Below are positions 38,369-49,012 of a stretch of 64,000 nucleotides of DNA, one piece after another. The notes beneath the pieces are model-generated. The model did no database searches, had not been told where the DNA came from, and saw nothing but the letters and a program-made list of their open reading frames with translations. Position numbers and translations under genes: made by a program. The stretch is from an uncultured Actinomycetes bacterium (GTDB lineage Bacteria > Actinomycetota > Thermoleophilia > UBA2241), in assembly GCA_963709345.1 (NCBI GenBank), contig CAVPVX010000001.1, positions 352,001 to 416,000 on the forward strand, read 5' to 3'. Every line of letters starts with the position of its first letter. Within the stretch, counting starts at the first letter, position 1.

Positions 38369-38519
38369 GCGCCGCTCGACTCGCATCGTTCCGATCGAAT
38401 CCCCCACATGGAGGCGTCGTCGAAGAAGGCTCTCGCTGAAGAGAGGGCACGAACGCCGATGCCCTTTCCACGGGCGGGCGATGGAGCTCCGCGAGGCGCG
38501 AGACGCAGCAGGGGACAGT

Positions 38520-38565
38520 GCGTGGCGGCGGACCAGCCGTCCATCAGGCTGTTCCGCCGCCACGC
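38520..38565 (-). terminator. Long hairpin downstream of the 38596-39072 gene
   Basis: GCGTGGCGGCGGAcCAGCC / GGCTGtTCCGCCGCCACGC, 19-bp stem with one mismatch. Confidence 0.6.
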
Positions 38566-38595
38566 TCGAGCGCGACCAGACCAGACGGGCGAGCG

Positions 38596-39072
38596 TCAGA
38601 TCGTGGTGGTGCCCGTCATGCCGCCGCACTGGCCCGTGCCTTGACCGTTGCCGCCACTGTGGCCCAGGCCTTGACCGTTGCCGCCACCGTTGCCGGCGCC
38701 CATCATGCCGCCACCCTGGCCGCTTCTGGAGCCCGGTCCAGCGCCCTCAGGCACGTCGACACCGTATTTCTCGAGAAGGCTGCGCATGTCATCCCAGTAC
38801 CCGTCGCGAATCTCCTGCAACGCAGCCCGGGCTTCGTCAGTCCGCACGTCCGCACCGTACTTGTCGCGCCAGGCAGCGCGGGCCTTCTCAAAGCCGCCTC
38901 GAAGGGCCTCCCGCTCCTCCAGAGCCTGCGGGTCGTCGGTCAACGCGGTGCAGGCGCCGGCAGGAGCCTGGGTGCTCGGTGCCGCCGTCGCGCCCGACGC
39001 CACTGCGACCACCGACAGAGCCATGACGGCCACCCCAGCGGCCACGAGGAGGGTCTTCCAGTGTCCCTTCAT
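38596..39072 (-). CDS. Secreted helical protein with a Gly/Met-rich tail (loosely Spy/CpxP/ZraP-like)
   Basis: Signal peptide, amphipathic helices, GGGMMG and GGNGQG repeats (20-bp DNA repeat at 38638 and 38668); RBS AAGGAG. Confidence 0.7.
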   Translation of the reverse strand: MKGHWKTLLVAAGVAVMALSVVAVASGATAAPSTQAPAGACTALTDDPQALEEREALRGGFEKARAAWRDKYGADVRTDEARAALQEIRDGYWDDMRSLLEKYGVDVPEGAGPGSRSGQGGGMMGAGNGGGNGQGLGHSGGNGQGTGQCGGMTGTTTI

Positions 39073-39179
39073 CCTTGCTACTCCTTACTCTGCGCGGACG
39101 AGGCCGTCTTCCAGATCTGCCTCCCGGCCACCATCCAGGTGGGGATTCCGCAGTTGCATGAACTAGACTAGACGCGAAG

Positions 39180-39219
39180 TTTGAACAGCCTGTGAACCAC
39201 TTCTGCCGGAGTTGTGAAT
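39180..39219 (-). promoter_or_regulatory. OmpR/PhoB-type direct repeats in 11-bp phase upstream of a -10 (TAGTCT)
   Basis: Minus strand: ATTCACA-N15-GTTCACA-N4-GTTCAAA-N9-TAGTCT. Confidence 0.5.
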
Positions 39220-39336
39220 CGCGTCCGGGCATGCGGGACCGGCCGGCCGCCGCCTCTGCGGCGCGAACGTCGCCCGACCGACGCCCCCCGCGCGAGGGTA
39301 GAGATGAGAGACGAACTGCGACCACCGGAGGCTCCT

Positions 39337-40437
39337 GTGAACGAAGACGCGGTCCTGCACGCACTCTCCGCCGTCAATGATCCTGAGCTTCAGCGTGACA
39401 TCGTTGATCTCGGCATGGTCCGTGATGTCGTCGTGGACGAAGGCCACATCGCCGCCACCATCGTCCTGACTACCGCGGGGTGTCCCCTGCGCAACCAGAT
39501 CCGGGCGGACGCCGAGCAGGCCCTGGCAGGGATCGCCGGAGGACGCAGTGTGGATGTGAAGCTGGATGCCATGTCGGATGACGAGCGGGGCGCCCTCACC
39601 GCTCGTCTCAAGGGCCGCGACCAACTCGTGGAGTCGCTGTTCGGACCGGGCTCGGCCACTCGGACCATCGCCATCGCGAGCGGCAAGGGAGGCGTCGGCA
39701 AGAGCACCGTCGCGGCCAACCTCGCCACGGCGCTGGCAGCGACAGGGCACGCCGTGGCGCTGATCGACGCCGACGTGTACGGACCCACCATCCCACTCAT
39801 GATGGGGCTCCCCTCCGTGCCGCCCGAGACGTTCAACGGCAAGATGATCCCGCCCCAGGCCCACGGCGTGAAGATCGTATCCATGGGCTTCTTCCTCCCC
39901 GACAACGAGCCTGTCGTCTGGCGCGGGCCAATGCTCGGCCGCGCCATCGAGCAGTTCCTCGGCGACGTCTTGTGGGGCAGCCCGGACTACCTGCTGATCG
40001 ACCTTCCTCCAGGCACCGGCGACATTGCGCTCACGATCGCGCAGATGATCCCGGGCGCCGAGCTCATGATCGTCACTACGCCCCAGGAGGCTGCCGCACG
40101 TACCGCGGTGAAGGCCGCGAAGATGGCGCAGATGACGAAGCAGCGAGTCCTCGGGGTGATCGAGAACATGTCCTACTTCGTGTGTCCGTCCTGCAACGAG
40201 CGCCACTACATCTTCGGGCGCGGCGGCGCATTCGAGATCGCCAGGCTCATGGATACCCGGCTCCTCGGCCGCATCCCGCTGGACGAAGCAACGCGCGAGG
40301 GCGGTGACCGCGGCCTACCGGCGGCGCTCGACCCGTCCACGCCCGTCGGCGCCGCGTTCACCGAGATCGCCAGGGCGATCGCGAGCGTCGACGATGCGTC
40401 CTCTGGGGCCTCCGACGCGACCCTCGAGGAGAGCTGA
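39337..40437 (+). CDS. mrp: Mrp/NBP35 (ApbC) Fe-S cluster carrier ATPase
   Basis: DPEL..DIVDLGMV, LTTAGCP, SGKGGVGKST, DADVYGP, WRGPM, DLPPGTGD, ENMSYFVCPSC. Confidence 0.93.
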   Translation: MNEDAVLHALSAVNDPELQRDIVDLGMVRDVVVDEGHIAATIVLTTAGCPLRNQIRADAEQALAGIAGGRSVDVKLDAMSDDERGALTARLKGRDQLVESLFGPGSATRTIAIASGKGGVGKSTVAANLATALAATGHAVALIDADVYGPTIPLMMGLPSVPPETFNGKMIPPQAHGVKIVSMGFFLPDNEPVVWRGPMLGRAIEQFLGDVLWGSPDYLLIDLPPGTGDIALTIAQMIPGAELMIVTTPQEAAARTAVKAAKMAQMTKQRVLGVIENMSYFVCPSCNERHYIFGRGGAFEIARLMDTRLLGRIPLDEATREGGDRGLPAALDPSTPVGAAFTEIARAIASVDDASSGASDATLEES

Positions 40438-40486
40438 CCAGCGGAGCCCTCATTATACGTAGTTCCTCGTAGGTCTGACTGGGGGA

Positions 40487-41900
40487 ATGTCCCGGTCGGA
40501 CGCGGTTCAGGCGGGGTGCCGCGCTGCCGACGAGCCATCCGTGAAGGCTGGCCCACAGCAGCGTGACCATGCGCGCGGCCCGGATGCGACGTCCACGCCG
40601 CGAGGCGAAGTGCGGTCGGTCCTCGCCGCGACCGCACACGACATGTGCGAAGCGGCTCGCGTCCCGTTCTGCTGCAGCAGCAGGATCGCAGGCGACTTCG
40701 CCGTCGTTGTCGCGGCACAAGCCTCCGGGCCCCTTCAGCGCCGTCGCCGGGCGGCCTCTGGCGGCTGGACGGTGCGCCGCCGGCCCGCCAGGTGGCCACT
40801 ACCGGCCAAATCGTGGTCCCTGCCAGCCACGACGACCTCCGTCTGACGCCGAGACGCCGCGAGGCGCTCGCCGGAGATGCCGGTCTCGGCAGTCTCGCCT
40901 TCGTTCCGCTCACCGCAGCCTCGGGCGTAACGGGTCTGCTGCTCCTCGGTGATCGCCGCCCCAGGAACCTCTCACAGTCGCTCCGCCGGCCCCGACCATG
41001 TGCTGCGCGTCATCGCGCACCGCTTCGGAGCGCTCTGTCGGGCTCCGATGGTCGATGTCCACGCCGTGGACAGGGGAGCGGCTGCGCCCGGTGGTCGGCT
41101 GGACGGACCGAGGCGGCACCGTCGCCCGAGAAGGCGCAGAGCCGAGTCCGACCGAATGGCCGCTCACCGGAGCAGTGGTAGCCACCCGGCGACCGGAGGT
41201 GGTATCGACCAGGGATGATGCCCGCCTCACGCCGGCGCAGGCTGAAGCGCTCCGGGCACGCGGCGCCTCCTCCGTCCTCATGCTGACCCTCTTCACCAAC
41301 GCACGCGCCGTCGGAGTGATCGAGGTACTCGACACCCGACCCCGTGACTTCGTCGAAGCAGCACTCGAGGCACGGACGCTCGCACAGGTAGCGGCCCATA
41401 CCCTGGACAAGGCGCTGCTCCTCCGGCAGCTGGAGCAGCGCAACCGGTGACTATGCGAGACCATCCGGCTCGGCGGCCGCGTCAACGAGACCGCAGACCC
41501 GGCCACGATAACCGACTTCGTCGCCAGGCAGCTGGTGGAGGCGCTGGGCGCCACGTGATGCGAGATCCACAAGGTCCAAGCCGGCGAACTGCACCGCCTC
41601 GCCGCTGCGGACGTCCGCCGCGAGCGCCGGGACCCGGAATGCGGAAGCCCGGCGCCGACGGAAGACCTCCCCAGCCGGCCGCGCGCCGCGCGCGGCCGGG
41701 ACATCCTCGTCGTCGCGGCCACCGCCGACCCCAGGACGCCCGAGGAGGAGCGCCAGGGGCGCGACCGAACACAGCCGTTCCACGGGATGCGGTGGAGGAC
41801 ACGCCGCACCGCCCAGCGTCCCGCTGGAGCGCGGACGCGCGGACGCGCGGCCGCGCCCACAGGCCCACTGGCCTTCCGAACTCCACCAACACCCCATCTG
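40487..41900 (+). pseudogene. Degraded multi-GAF protein gene
   Basis: GAF fragments in different frames (DDLRLT...LAFVPL...GLLLLGDRRPR; DDARLT...VGVIEVLDTRPRDF); in-frame TGA at 41448 and 41556; boundaries approximate. Confidence 0.6.
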
Positions 41901-41977
41901 CGCGTTGCCGGTGACAGCAGCGAACGACTTTGTATAGAATTGATGAGCTTTCTGTGCAACGGCCCACTCCCGACACC

Positions 41978-44900
41978 ATGACCCATATGCGCGTAGGACG
42001 AGCGAACGGAGAGGACTGGCTCCGCCTCGGCGAAGCGGCCGAAGCACTCGGCGTGAACAGCAACACGGTGAGGCGGTGGAGCGATGCCGGCAAACTGACC
42101 TGCTATCGCAGCCCGGGAGGTCACCGCAGATACCGCCGCCGGGATGTCGACTCCCTGCTGCAAGCAGAGATCGCGAGCCCGGCGACCGCGTCCTCGGCTC
42201 CTCGGCGCTCCGGGAGTCCATCGAACGACGCGCATCCAGATCAGGACCTCGCCCCGCTCATCGCGCTTGCGCGTGCCGCCGCAGACGGGGTGGGGGTCGA
42301 CGCGTACCGGCTGTCGGTAGAGGGAGCACGCGAGGGATGCTGGGTGCTTGCGGCACCGAGCGGACGGGCGGACGGGCGGCCGACGATCACTACGGCCGAA
42401 GCGTTGCCGGCCGCGGCCGCCGTCCTGCGCACGGGACAGCGCATGGTGATTCCCGACGTCGCCGCGACGAGCCTGCTGACCCTCGACGAGGCCGACGCTC
42501 ATCGCATGGAGGGCGACAGGGCGGTTCTCGCGGTACCGTTGACCATACCGGCGCCCCTAGTCGGTGCGCTGGAGCTTGTCGAGCGCGGTGAACCGCGCTC
42601 CTTCGACGGCGCCGGCGTCGCGTTGGCCGAGTTCATGGCGCGGCAGATGAGCCGCATCATCGGCGGCGGGGACCCTGACGTGGCGACCCCGCCTCGCGGA
42701 ACGGTGGCGGGGGACTCTCTCCCGTCACCCTTCTCCTCCGGTGGGAAGACGAGGGGCGGCGACCGGCGACCGGCGGCGAGCCGGCCTGAGGCGGATCTCG
42801 ATGCGGATGCGACGCACGCCGACGTCGAGACCCTGGTGAATGCCGCAATGAATCACCTGCGCGAGCTGACCGGGGCGGCCACCTGCACGCTGTACCGCGC
42901 CGGGAGCGAGATGATGGCGCCGTTCCCGGCAGGCGGCTCCCCCGGAGCCCTGCCGATCCGTGACGGCGCCCCTTGGCGTCTGGAGGAGTACCCCGCCGCC
43001 GCCGAGGCGGTCGCGACCGGCGCGCCGGTCGTCTGTGGTCCCGAGGACACTCTCGAACCATCGCCCCGGACGGTGACACACCTTCTGGAATCGCGCCGGC
43101 TCGTCGGCGCCCTCCTGCTGCCTCTGGTCGTCCATGGCCAACCGGTCGCGGTCGTGGAGCTCGGCATGACGGATCCGGACGTGCTCCACGCTGCGAGAAG
43201 CGATGCGGAGTTCGCCGCGGATGTTGTGAGAGCGACGCTCGGTGTCGACGAGGTGATCGCCGACCTGCAGCGAAAGAACCGCGATCTCGGTGCGGTCATC
43301 GAGGCGAGCCTCGAGGATGCATCGACGCTGGGCGGTGGCGGCGTCCTGCAGGCAGTGGTCAAGCGCCTCTCGAGACTCGTGCCGGCGCCCGTGACCGAGG
43401 TCTACGCCGTCGAAGGCGAGTCGCTTCGCGCTCTGATGAGCTACGACGGGAAACGCTTCGACACCGAGTGGGAGGGCATGCTCCTGCCTCTCCGCCGCTA
43501 TCCGTGCAGCCGGCGCGCCGTCAAGACCGGCGAGATCGTCGTCACCACGGGGCTTGACGACGCGCTCCTGGACGACGAAGGCCGGCACTCGCTCGAGAAG
43601 TGGGGCTACCAGTCGCAGCTCTCCATGCCCCTGAGCTCGCGCGGAAGGGTCATCGGGCTGATCGAGCTGTCAGACCACGAGCCACGAGACTTCACTCCCT
43701 ACCTTGAGTTGATCCACGGCCTCGGCCAAGTCGCGTCCCGCGCCCTCGAGACCGCGTCGCTTCTGGAGCAGGCCGAGCGACGCAGCCGGATCCTCAACGA
43801 GCTCGTCGAGCTCGGCGCGCTGGCGTCCCGCTCGCGCGATCTGGACGCTTTCCTCCACGGCGTCGCGGCGCGTCTCGTCGTCGCCCTGGACGCCGCCAAC
43901 TGTGACGTCTTCAGAGACGGCACGGAAGGCCTGCGTTGCGTCGCGAGCTATGACCGCAGCGGTCACGACGAAGCCGCGATCGGCACGATCCTCGACGCCG
44001 ACAGCTACCCGACGGTGATCGCCGCCATGAATGCTCATCGACTGCTCGTCGTCTCGAGCTCCGACGACCCCAAGCTCAGCGAGCGGGAACGGCGTACCTA
44101 CCGCGAGTACGGGTTCGCGAGCGAGGTGTCGATACCGCTCGTCGTCAACGACCGGCTGTACGGCATGCTCGACATCTACGACACACGGGAGCGCGACTTC
44201 GGCGAGTACCTCAGCTTCCTGCGCAACGCAGCCCAGACCGTCGCCGGCGCCGTTGAGAACGCCCAGCTCGTCGAGCAACTGGCGCACCGCTCCAGCGTCC
44301 TTCGGGACATCGTCGAGCTCGGCGCCGCGACGTCACAGGCCGCCGACCTCGGCGAGGCCCTTGCCGCACTCGCCGAAAGGACGCGCGACACCATCGGCGC
44401 GGCCGATTGCGACATCTTCACCCTCCAGGACGATCGGCTCCGCTGCTTCGTCAGCGCCAACCGCGACGGCTTCGACGCCAGCGTCGTCGGCCGCGCGCTC
44501 GACATGGAACGTTTCCCCGCCACAGAGCTGGCCGTGCGCAGCGGCCGGCCCATGACCATCAGCAGCCTCGACGATCCGCGGCTGACGAACGAAGAGCGAG
44601 CTAGCATGGGTGAGCACGGCTACCAGAGCGAGTTGTGCATCCCGCTGATGGACGGAGACAGGGCGATCGGCCTGATCGACGTGTTCGACACGCGGCCGCG
44701 CGACTTCGGCGAGTACCTCGGCTTTCTGCAAAGCGTCGCGCAGACGGCCGCCGGAGCCATCGGGAGCACCGCTTTGCGAGACGAACTCGAGCATCGCAAC
44801 ACGGAGCTGGCCGACCTCGTCGACCTGGGTGAGGCGGTCTCCAGCGCCGGCGGGCTCACGGAGCTGGCGCATGCCGTCGGCCCACGAGTCGTCGCGACCA

Positions 44901-46652
44901 TGTGCGCCGACGGCTGCCAGATCTTCAGTCTCCGCGGCGGCAAGCTCCACTGCGTGCTCACCTACGAAGACGGGGCGTTCGACGAAGAGTACGTGGACAA
45001 ACCGCTCGACCTCGACCTGTTCCCCGGCACCCGAGACGCCATCAGCCGGCGCGAGCCCCTCGTGATCGAAAGCCCCGACGATCCGCGCCTCAGCGACTAC
45101 GAGCGCGGCCTCTTCCACGAGTCCGGGTCGCAGAGTGAGATCTGCGTGCCCTTCGCGCTCGACGGGAGAGTCGTCGGCCTCCTGGACGTGTACGACCATC
45201 GCCGGCGCGACTACGCGGAGCACCGCGGCTTCCTGATGAGGGTCGGCCAGATGATAGCCGGCGCGTTCGAGAATGCGCTCCTGATGGAGCAGTTGGAGGA
45301 GAGCAACCAGACGCTCAGGCTCCTCGTCGAGTCCGGTATCGAGTTCAGCGCGTCCCTCGACCTCGACGACGTGCTTCAGAGTGTGGCCCGAAGGCTCTGC
45401 TCTGCCGCCGGCGCGCCGAGCTGCGACATCTTCACGCTGCACGGCGACTCGATGCGCTGTGCGTGCAGCGTCGAGCGCGGCACGCCGGACACTAAGTACG
45501 TCGGCGCCGACTACCGCTTGGCCGCACTCGACCTCGCGCGACTCGCCATCGAGACGCGCCGGCCCGTCGCCGCAGCCGATCTCTCCACTGACCCGCGCGT
45601 CTCCGCCTTCGAGCGCAGGGAGGACCTCGGCTGGGGCCACCGCGCGGTGCTCGCCCTGCCGCTCATCAGCCGGGGCGACGTTATCGGCATCGCGGGGATC
45701 TACGACGACCATCCCCGCGACTTCGAGCGTCTCGACATGCTCCACGGTCTCGCCCAGGTCGCGGCCACCGCGCTCGCCAACGCGACCCTCTTCGACCGTC
45801 TCGATCGGGGCGCCTAACGCATGCGGCTCGTCGGTGAGGCGAGTCTGGAGCTCTCCTCCTCACTCGACCTCAAGGAGATCCTCGTCGCCAGGTACGGCGG
45901 CGAAGAGTTCGCGGCCATCCTCATCGACACCTCGGAGGACGGAGCCCTCGAGGTCGCAGAACGCATCCGCTCCGGCATCGTCGAGACGCCCTTCGCCTCG
46001 GGCACGGATTCGCTCTCCATGAGTATCAAGGTCGCCGCCTGTCCCAAGGATGCGAAGTTCAAGGACGAGTTGGTCGACAAGGCCGACTGGGCCATGTACC
46101 TCGCCAAGCGAAGAGGCCGCAACAAGGTGATGACCTTCGGAGCGGAGCACGGGGTCGACACTACCGGGCAGGCGACGCTGGAGGGACCCGACCACGTCGC
46201 GGCGATGGGCGAGCTGGTCGCGGCGCGAGAGGCCTGTCGTCGGCGGCGCTCGATCGGTGCTCGCGGCACTCGCGCTCGACGTGAGCCGCGAGCTCGGCGT
46301 CGACGCCGGGGAGATCCGGGCGGCGGTGGCCCAGGCCGGCGAGGGCGAGCCGCGGAGCCGTGCGGAGCAGATCGTGGCCCTGTCGGCGGCGTATGAGGCC
46401 CTCGTCGCGGACCGCCCCTACCGGGCGCGCATCTCGGAGACCGAAGCGCTCGAAGAGGCACTCGCGTGCCCCGCGCTGACCGGCGGCGACGAACTCGGCC
46501 GCGCCTTCGAGCGCGGGCTCTCATGCCGCTCCCAGAGAGAGGCAGGCCCCGGAAGTCCCGGAAGGGATTCCGCTCCCGTCCGGCCGGCCACCGGGGCCAC
46601 AGCCTCTGACTCAGCGCGGGCGCCGCGCCCGAGCGGCGCCCTCAAGCGGTGA
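41978..46652 (+). pseudogene. MerR/excisionase-HTH + about 7 GAF + GGDEF + degenerate HD-GYP protein; intact to TAA 45815-45817, disrupted afterwards
   Basis: LRLGEAAEALGVNSNTVRRWSDAG...SPGGHRRY; repeated DDPRL/IPL/RDF GAF units; in-frame stop, then a deletion joining a GAF linker to ARYGGEEF; frameshift near 46250 into AYEALVADRPYR. Confidence 0.8.
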
Positions 46653-46815
46653 TGAAGGAGCAGAGGTACTCGCCGACGTCCCTGTCGGCGCCGGAGAACT
46701 CGAGCGTCTGAAGGATGCGGCACAGCGTCTGGTCGTCGCTCACGACCGTCGCGCCGAGATGCGTGTACCTCGCCAGCACCTCATCGGCCGCCCTCTCCTT
46801 CTCCTCACGCGTCAC
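46642..46815 (-). CDS. Small hypothetical protein (57 aa)
   Basis: RBS GGGAGGA before GTG; MTREEKERAADEVLARYTHLG...EYLCSFITA. Confidence 0.55.
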   Translation of the reverse strand: MTREEKERAADEVLARYTHLGATVVSDDQTLCRILQTLEFSGADRDVGEYLCSFITA

Positions 46816-46952
46816 GATGTCCTCCCAGGGGGTTCCATATGCTCCACTGGCAGTGTCGGCCCGGGAGCACGCGAGCGCCATGGGACTCGCGTTTAGGGAG
46901 CCGTGCCCAGCCCGAGCGGGAAGGCGCGCGGGTCGCGCGCGCTCGCGCCTCC

Positions 46953-48026
46953 TCAGAAGTACGACTTCAAGGCGCCGCGCCGACGGATGTCGACGCTGGC
47001 GCAGTGGAATCCGCCGCCGATCGTCTCGAAGTCCCAGAAGGGGCACTCGATCGGGTCGAAGCCCCACTCCTTGAGCCGCCGGATGAAGCGCTTCTCGCCG
47101 GCCGACACGACCACCCGCGTCTCGTCGAGCATCACCACGTTCATCATGATCCAGCGGCTGCAGTTGTACATGGGGTGCGACTCGGGCATCTCCGGCTCGG
47201 GGCACACCAGGATGTCCCAGCCGGCCTTCTCGAACAGGTCGGGGACCTTGACCACGCGCTCGGGGTTGATCAGGAGCTTGCCGGGTGCGAGCGGCTGGAA
47301 CGTCGCGTCGATGTGCATGGGGTGGGTGTCGTGAATCTCGACCTCGTGGACGGCGTACTCGTCACCGAGGTGGCGCCGCAGCCAGTCGATGCCGAAGCGG
47401 TTGCAGCAGCTCGAGCGGGCAATGAAGACGTCGCGGCCGCACTTGATGGCGTCGGCCGCGTCGAACATGGGCTCGTACTCGGTGGGCAGGAAGCGCTGGG
47501 GTTCGTTCTCCTCCGGCGCCACGAACCCCGGCGTGAAGCTCTCGTCCGAGAGCCGCGGCGGCGGCGCAGCGACCCAGCGGGCGCCGCCGCGAAAGTACTC
47601 CTTGCAGAGCTCGCGGTACGCGAGTCGCTCGGTGGAACGGCTCCGCCAGCCCATCGGGGCCTCGATGATCTGGTCGCCGATGACGAACAGGACGTCGCGC
47701 GGCATCAGCGCGTAGCAGCTGCTCTTGACCTGCCAGTCGGGCGTGCTCAGCGGCGCCTCGTAGGAGTACGGTTCGGGCTGACGCACCGTCACGCCCGCCT
47801 GCTGCAGCACGTCCATGAAGGCGTCAAGGTCGCGCTCGGCCTTCTTGAGCATGTCCGCGGGCCACGGCGTGCCGCCGTGCTGCTTGAAGAAGTCCCACTG
47901 CCCGCCGTCGTGCACGACGGCGGGCATGATGACATCCCAGGGCGGCACCAGCGTGGTCTCATCGACACGCCCGACGACGATCTCCTCCAGCGGGTCCCAT
48001 TCATTGTAGGTACTGACGACGTTCAT
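46953..48026 (-). CDS. Amidinotransferase (glycine/inosamine amidinotransferase family)
   Basis: YNEWDPLEEIVVG, MPRD, FDAAD, HID, GGGFHC (Asp-His-Cys triad). Confidence 0.92.
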   Translation of the reverse strand: MNVVSTYNEWDPLEEIVVGRVDETTLVPPWDVIMPAVVHDGGQWDFFKQHGGTPWPADMLKKAERDLDAFMDVLQQAGVTVRQPEPYSYEAPLSTPDWQVKSSCYALMPRDVLFVIGDQIIEAPMGWRSRSTERLAYRELCKEYFRGGARWVAAPPPRLSDESFTPGFVAPEENEPQRFLPTEYEPMFDAADAIKCGRDVFIARSSCCNRFGIDWLRRHLGDEYAVHEVEIHDTHPMHIDATFQPLAPGKLLINPERVVKVPDLFEKAGWDILVCPEPEMPESHPMYNCSRWIMMNVVMLDETRVVVSAGEKRFIRRLKEWGFDPIECPFWDFETIGGGFHCASVDIRRRGALKSYF

Positions 48027-48105
48027 GCTTCCTCCTCGCGACTACATCGCGAGGGCGCCCGCGCCCCCGCGTGCCGACTGGCCATGTGCGCCCGGCTACG
48101 AGGGC

Positions 48106-49005
48106 TCAGGCAAGCCGCTTGGCCATACCGGCGACGATCTCGGCGACGACGCGCGCCGCCGCCCGCACGGAATCGTCGTCGCCGCCCATCCCCGACCGGG
48201 CTCCACACACGTCGGCGGCGGCCAGCAGGCCGGTCGCCACCGTGGCGACGCCCTCCGCCAGTTCGCGGCTCGTGAGACCGACCGGGTCGTCCACCCCCGC
48301 CAGTACCTCCATATCGACTGACAGGTAGACCGCTTCGGTGCCGGTCGTCGCCGCCTCGAGCGCCTCTTCCGCGATCGTCGGCATGCCGTCGCGCGCAACG
48401 TCGGTAACGCCGTATCTGGACACGCCGAGGCCGTCGAGGACGCGGCGGGCGGGCGCGTCCGGGGGAGCCTCCCGCCCTCCGATCAGCACCAGGTTGGCTG
48501 GGACGACGACGCCGAGTTCCAGGGCCCGCGCCCAGCGCGACGAGGCCTCGTACCGCGGCTCAGCGGCTATGTCGTAGGAGGGGCTGAAGGCGACGATGCC
48601 GAGCCTTCCGCGCAGCTTGCCCGAGAGCACCTGCAGCACGGGCAGGCTCGTGAGGCCGTCCCCTCCGAGCACCAGGGGCACGGCGCCGGCTGCGAAGACA
48701 TCGGCGAGGCGCTCGTGAACTCGAACGAAGGTCGTCTCGAGATCGCCGGAGGCGGCCACATCGCCGTAGTCGACGCCGCGCAGCGCCGTGCCGCCCCAAC
48801 CGGCGTAGGCCGCCGAGGCGGACCGTACAGCCGCCGGAGCGCCGGGCGCGCCGCCCACGGGCACACCGACCGCCGCAAACGCAGCGCCGGAGAGCGCCTC
48901 CGGGTCGTCCACCTGGGGAAGTCCCATGAGGCCGGGCCCGGGCGGTGAGCCGGCGGGTTCGCCGCCGGCTGCAGCCCAGAGCCTCCTGATCTCGCCCGGA
49001 TCCAC
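48106..49005 (-). CDS. Arginase/agmatinase-fold protein lacking the canonical metal ligands
   Basis: GAPAAVR, DYGDV, PLVLGGD, LIGGR, VYLSVD and GLTSREL are present; GGDH is GGDG, DAHxD is SPSYD, DxD is DME. Confidence 0.75.
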   Translation of the reverse strand: MDPGEIRRLWAAAGGEPAGSPPGPGLMGLPQVDDPEALSGAAFAAVGVPVGGAPGAPAAVRSASAAYAGWGGTALRGVDYGDVAASGDLETTFVRVHERLADVFAAGAVPLVLGGDGLTSLPVLQVLSGKLRGRLGIVAFSPSYDIAAEPRYEASSRWARALELGVVVPANLVLIGGREAPPDAPARRVLDGLGVSRYGVTDVARDGMPTIAEEALEAATTGTEAVYLSVDMEVLAGVDDPVGLTSRELAEGVATVATGLLAAADVCGARSGMGGDDDSVRAAARVVAEIVAGMAKRLA

Positions 49006-49012
49006 CGGTCCG

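Noticed and set aside
38638-38687. 20-bp direct repeat at 30-bp spacing
   Set aside because: Only two copies, encoding GGNGQG repeats inside a CDS; not CRISPR
41448-41558. Two in-frame TGA codons as possible selenocysteine or read-through
   Set aside because: The surrounding gene is also frameshifted, the positions do not align with the conserved Cys, and TGA is a normal stop elsewhere in the window
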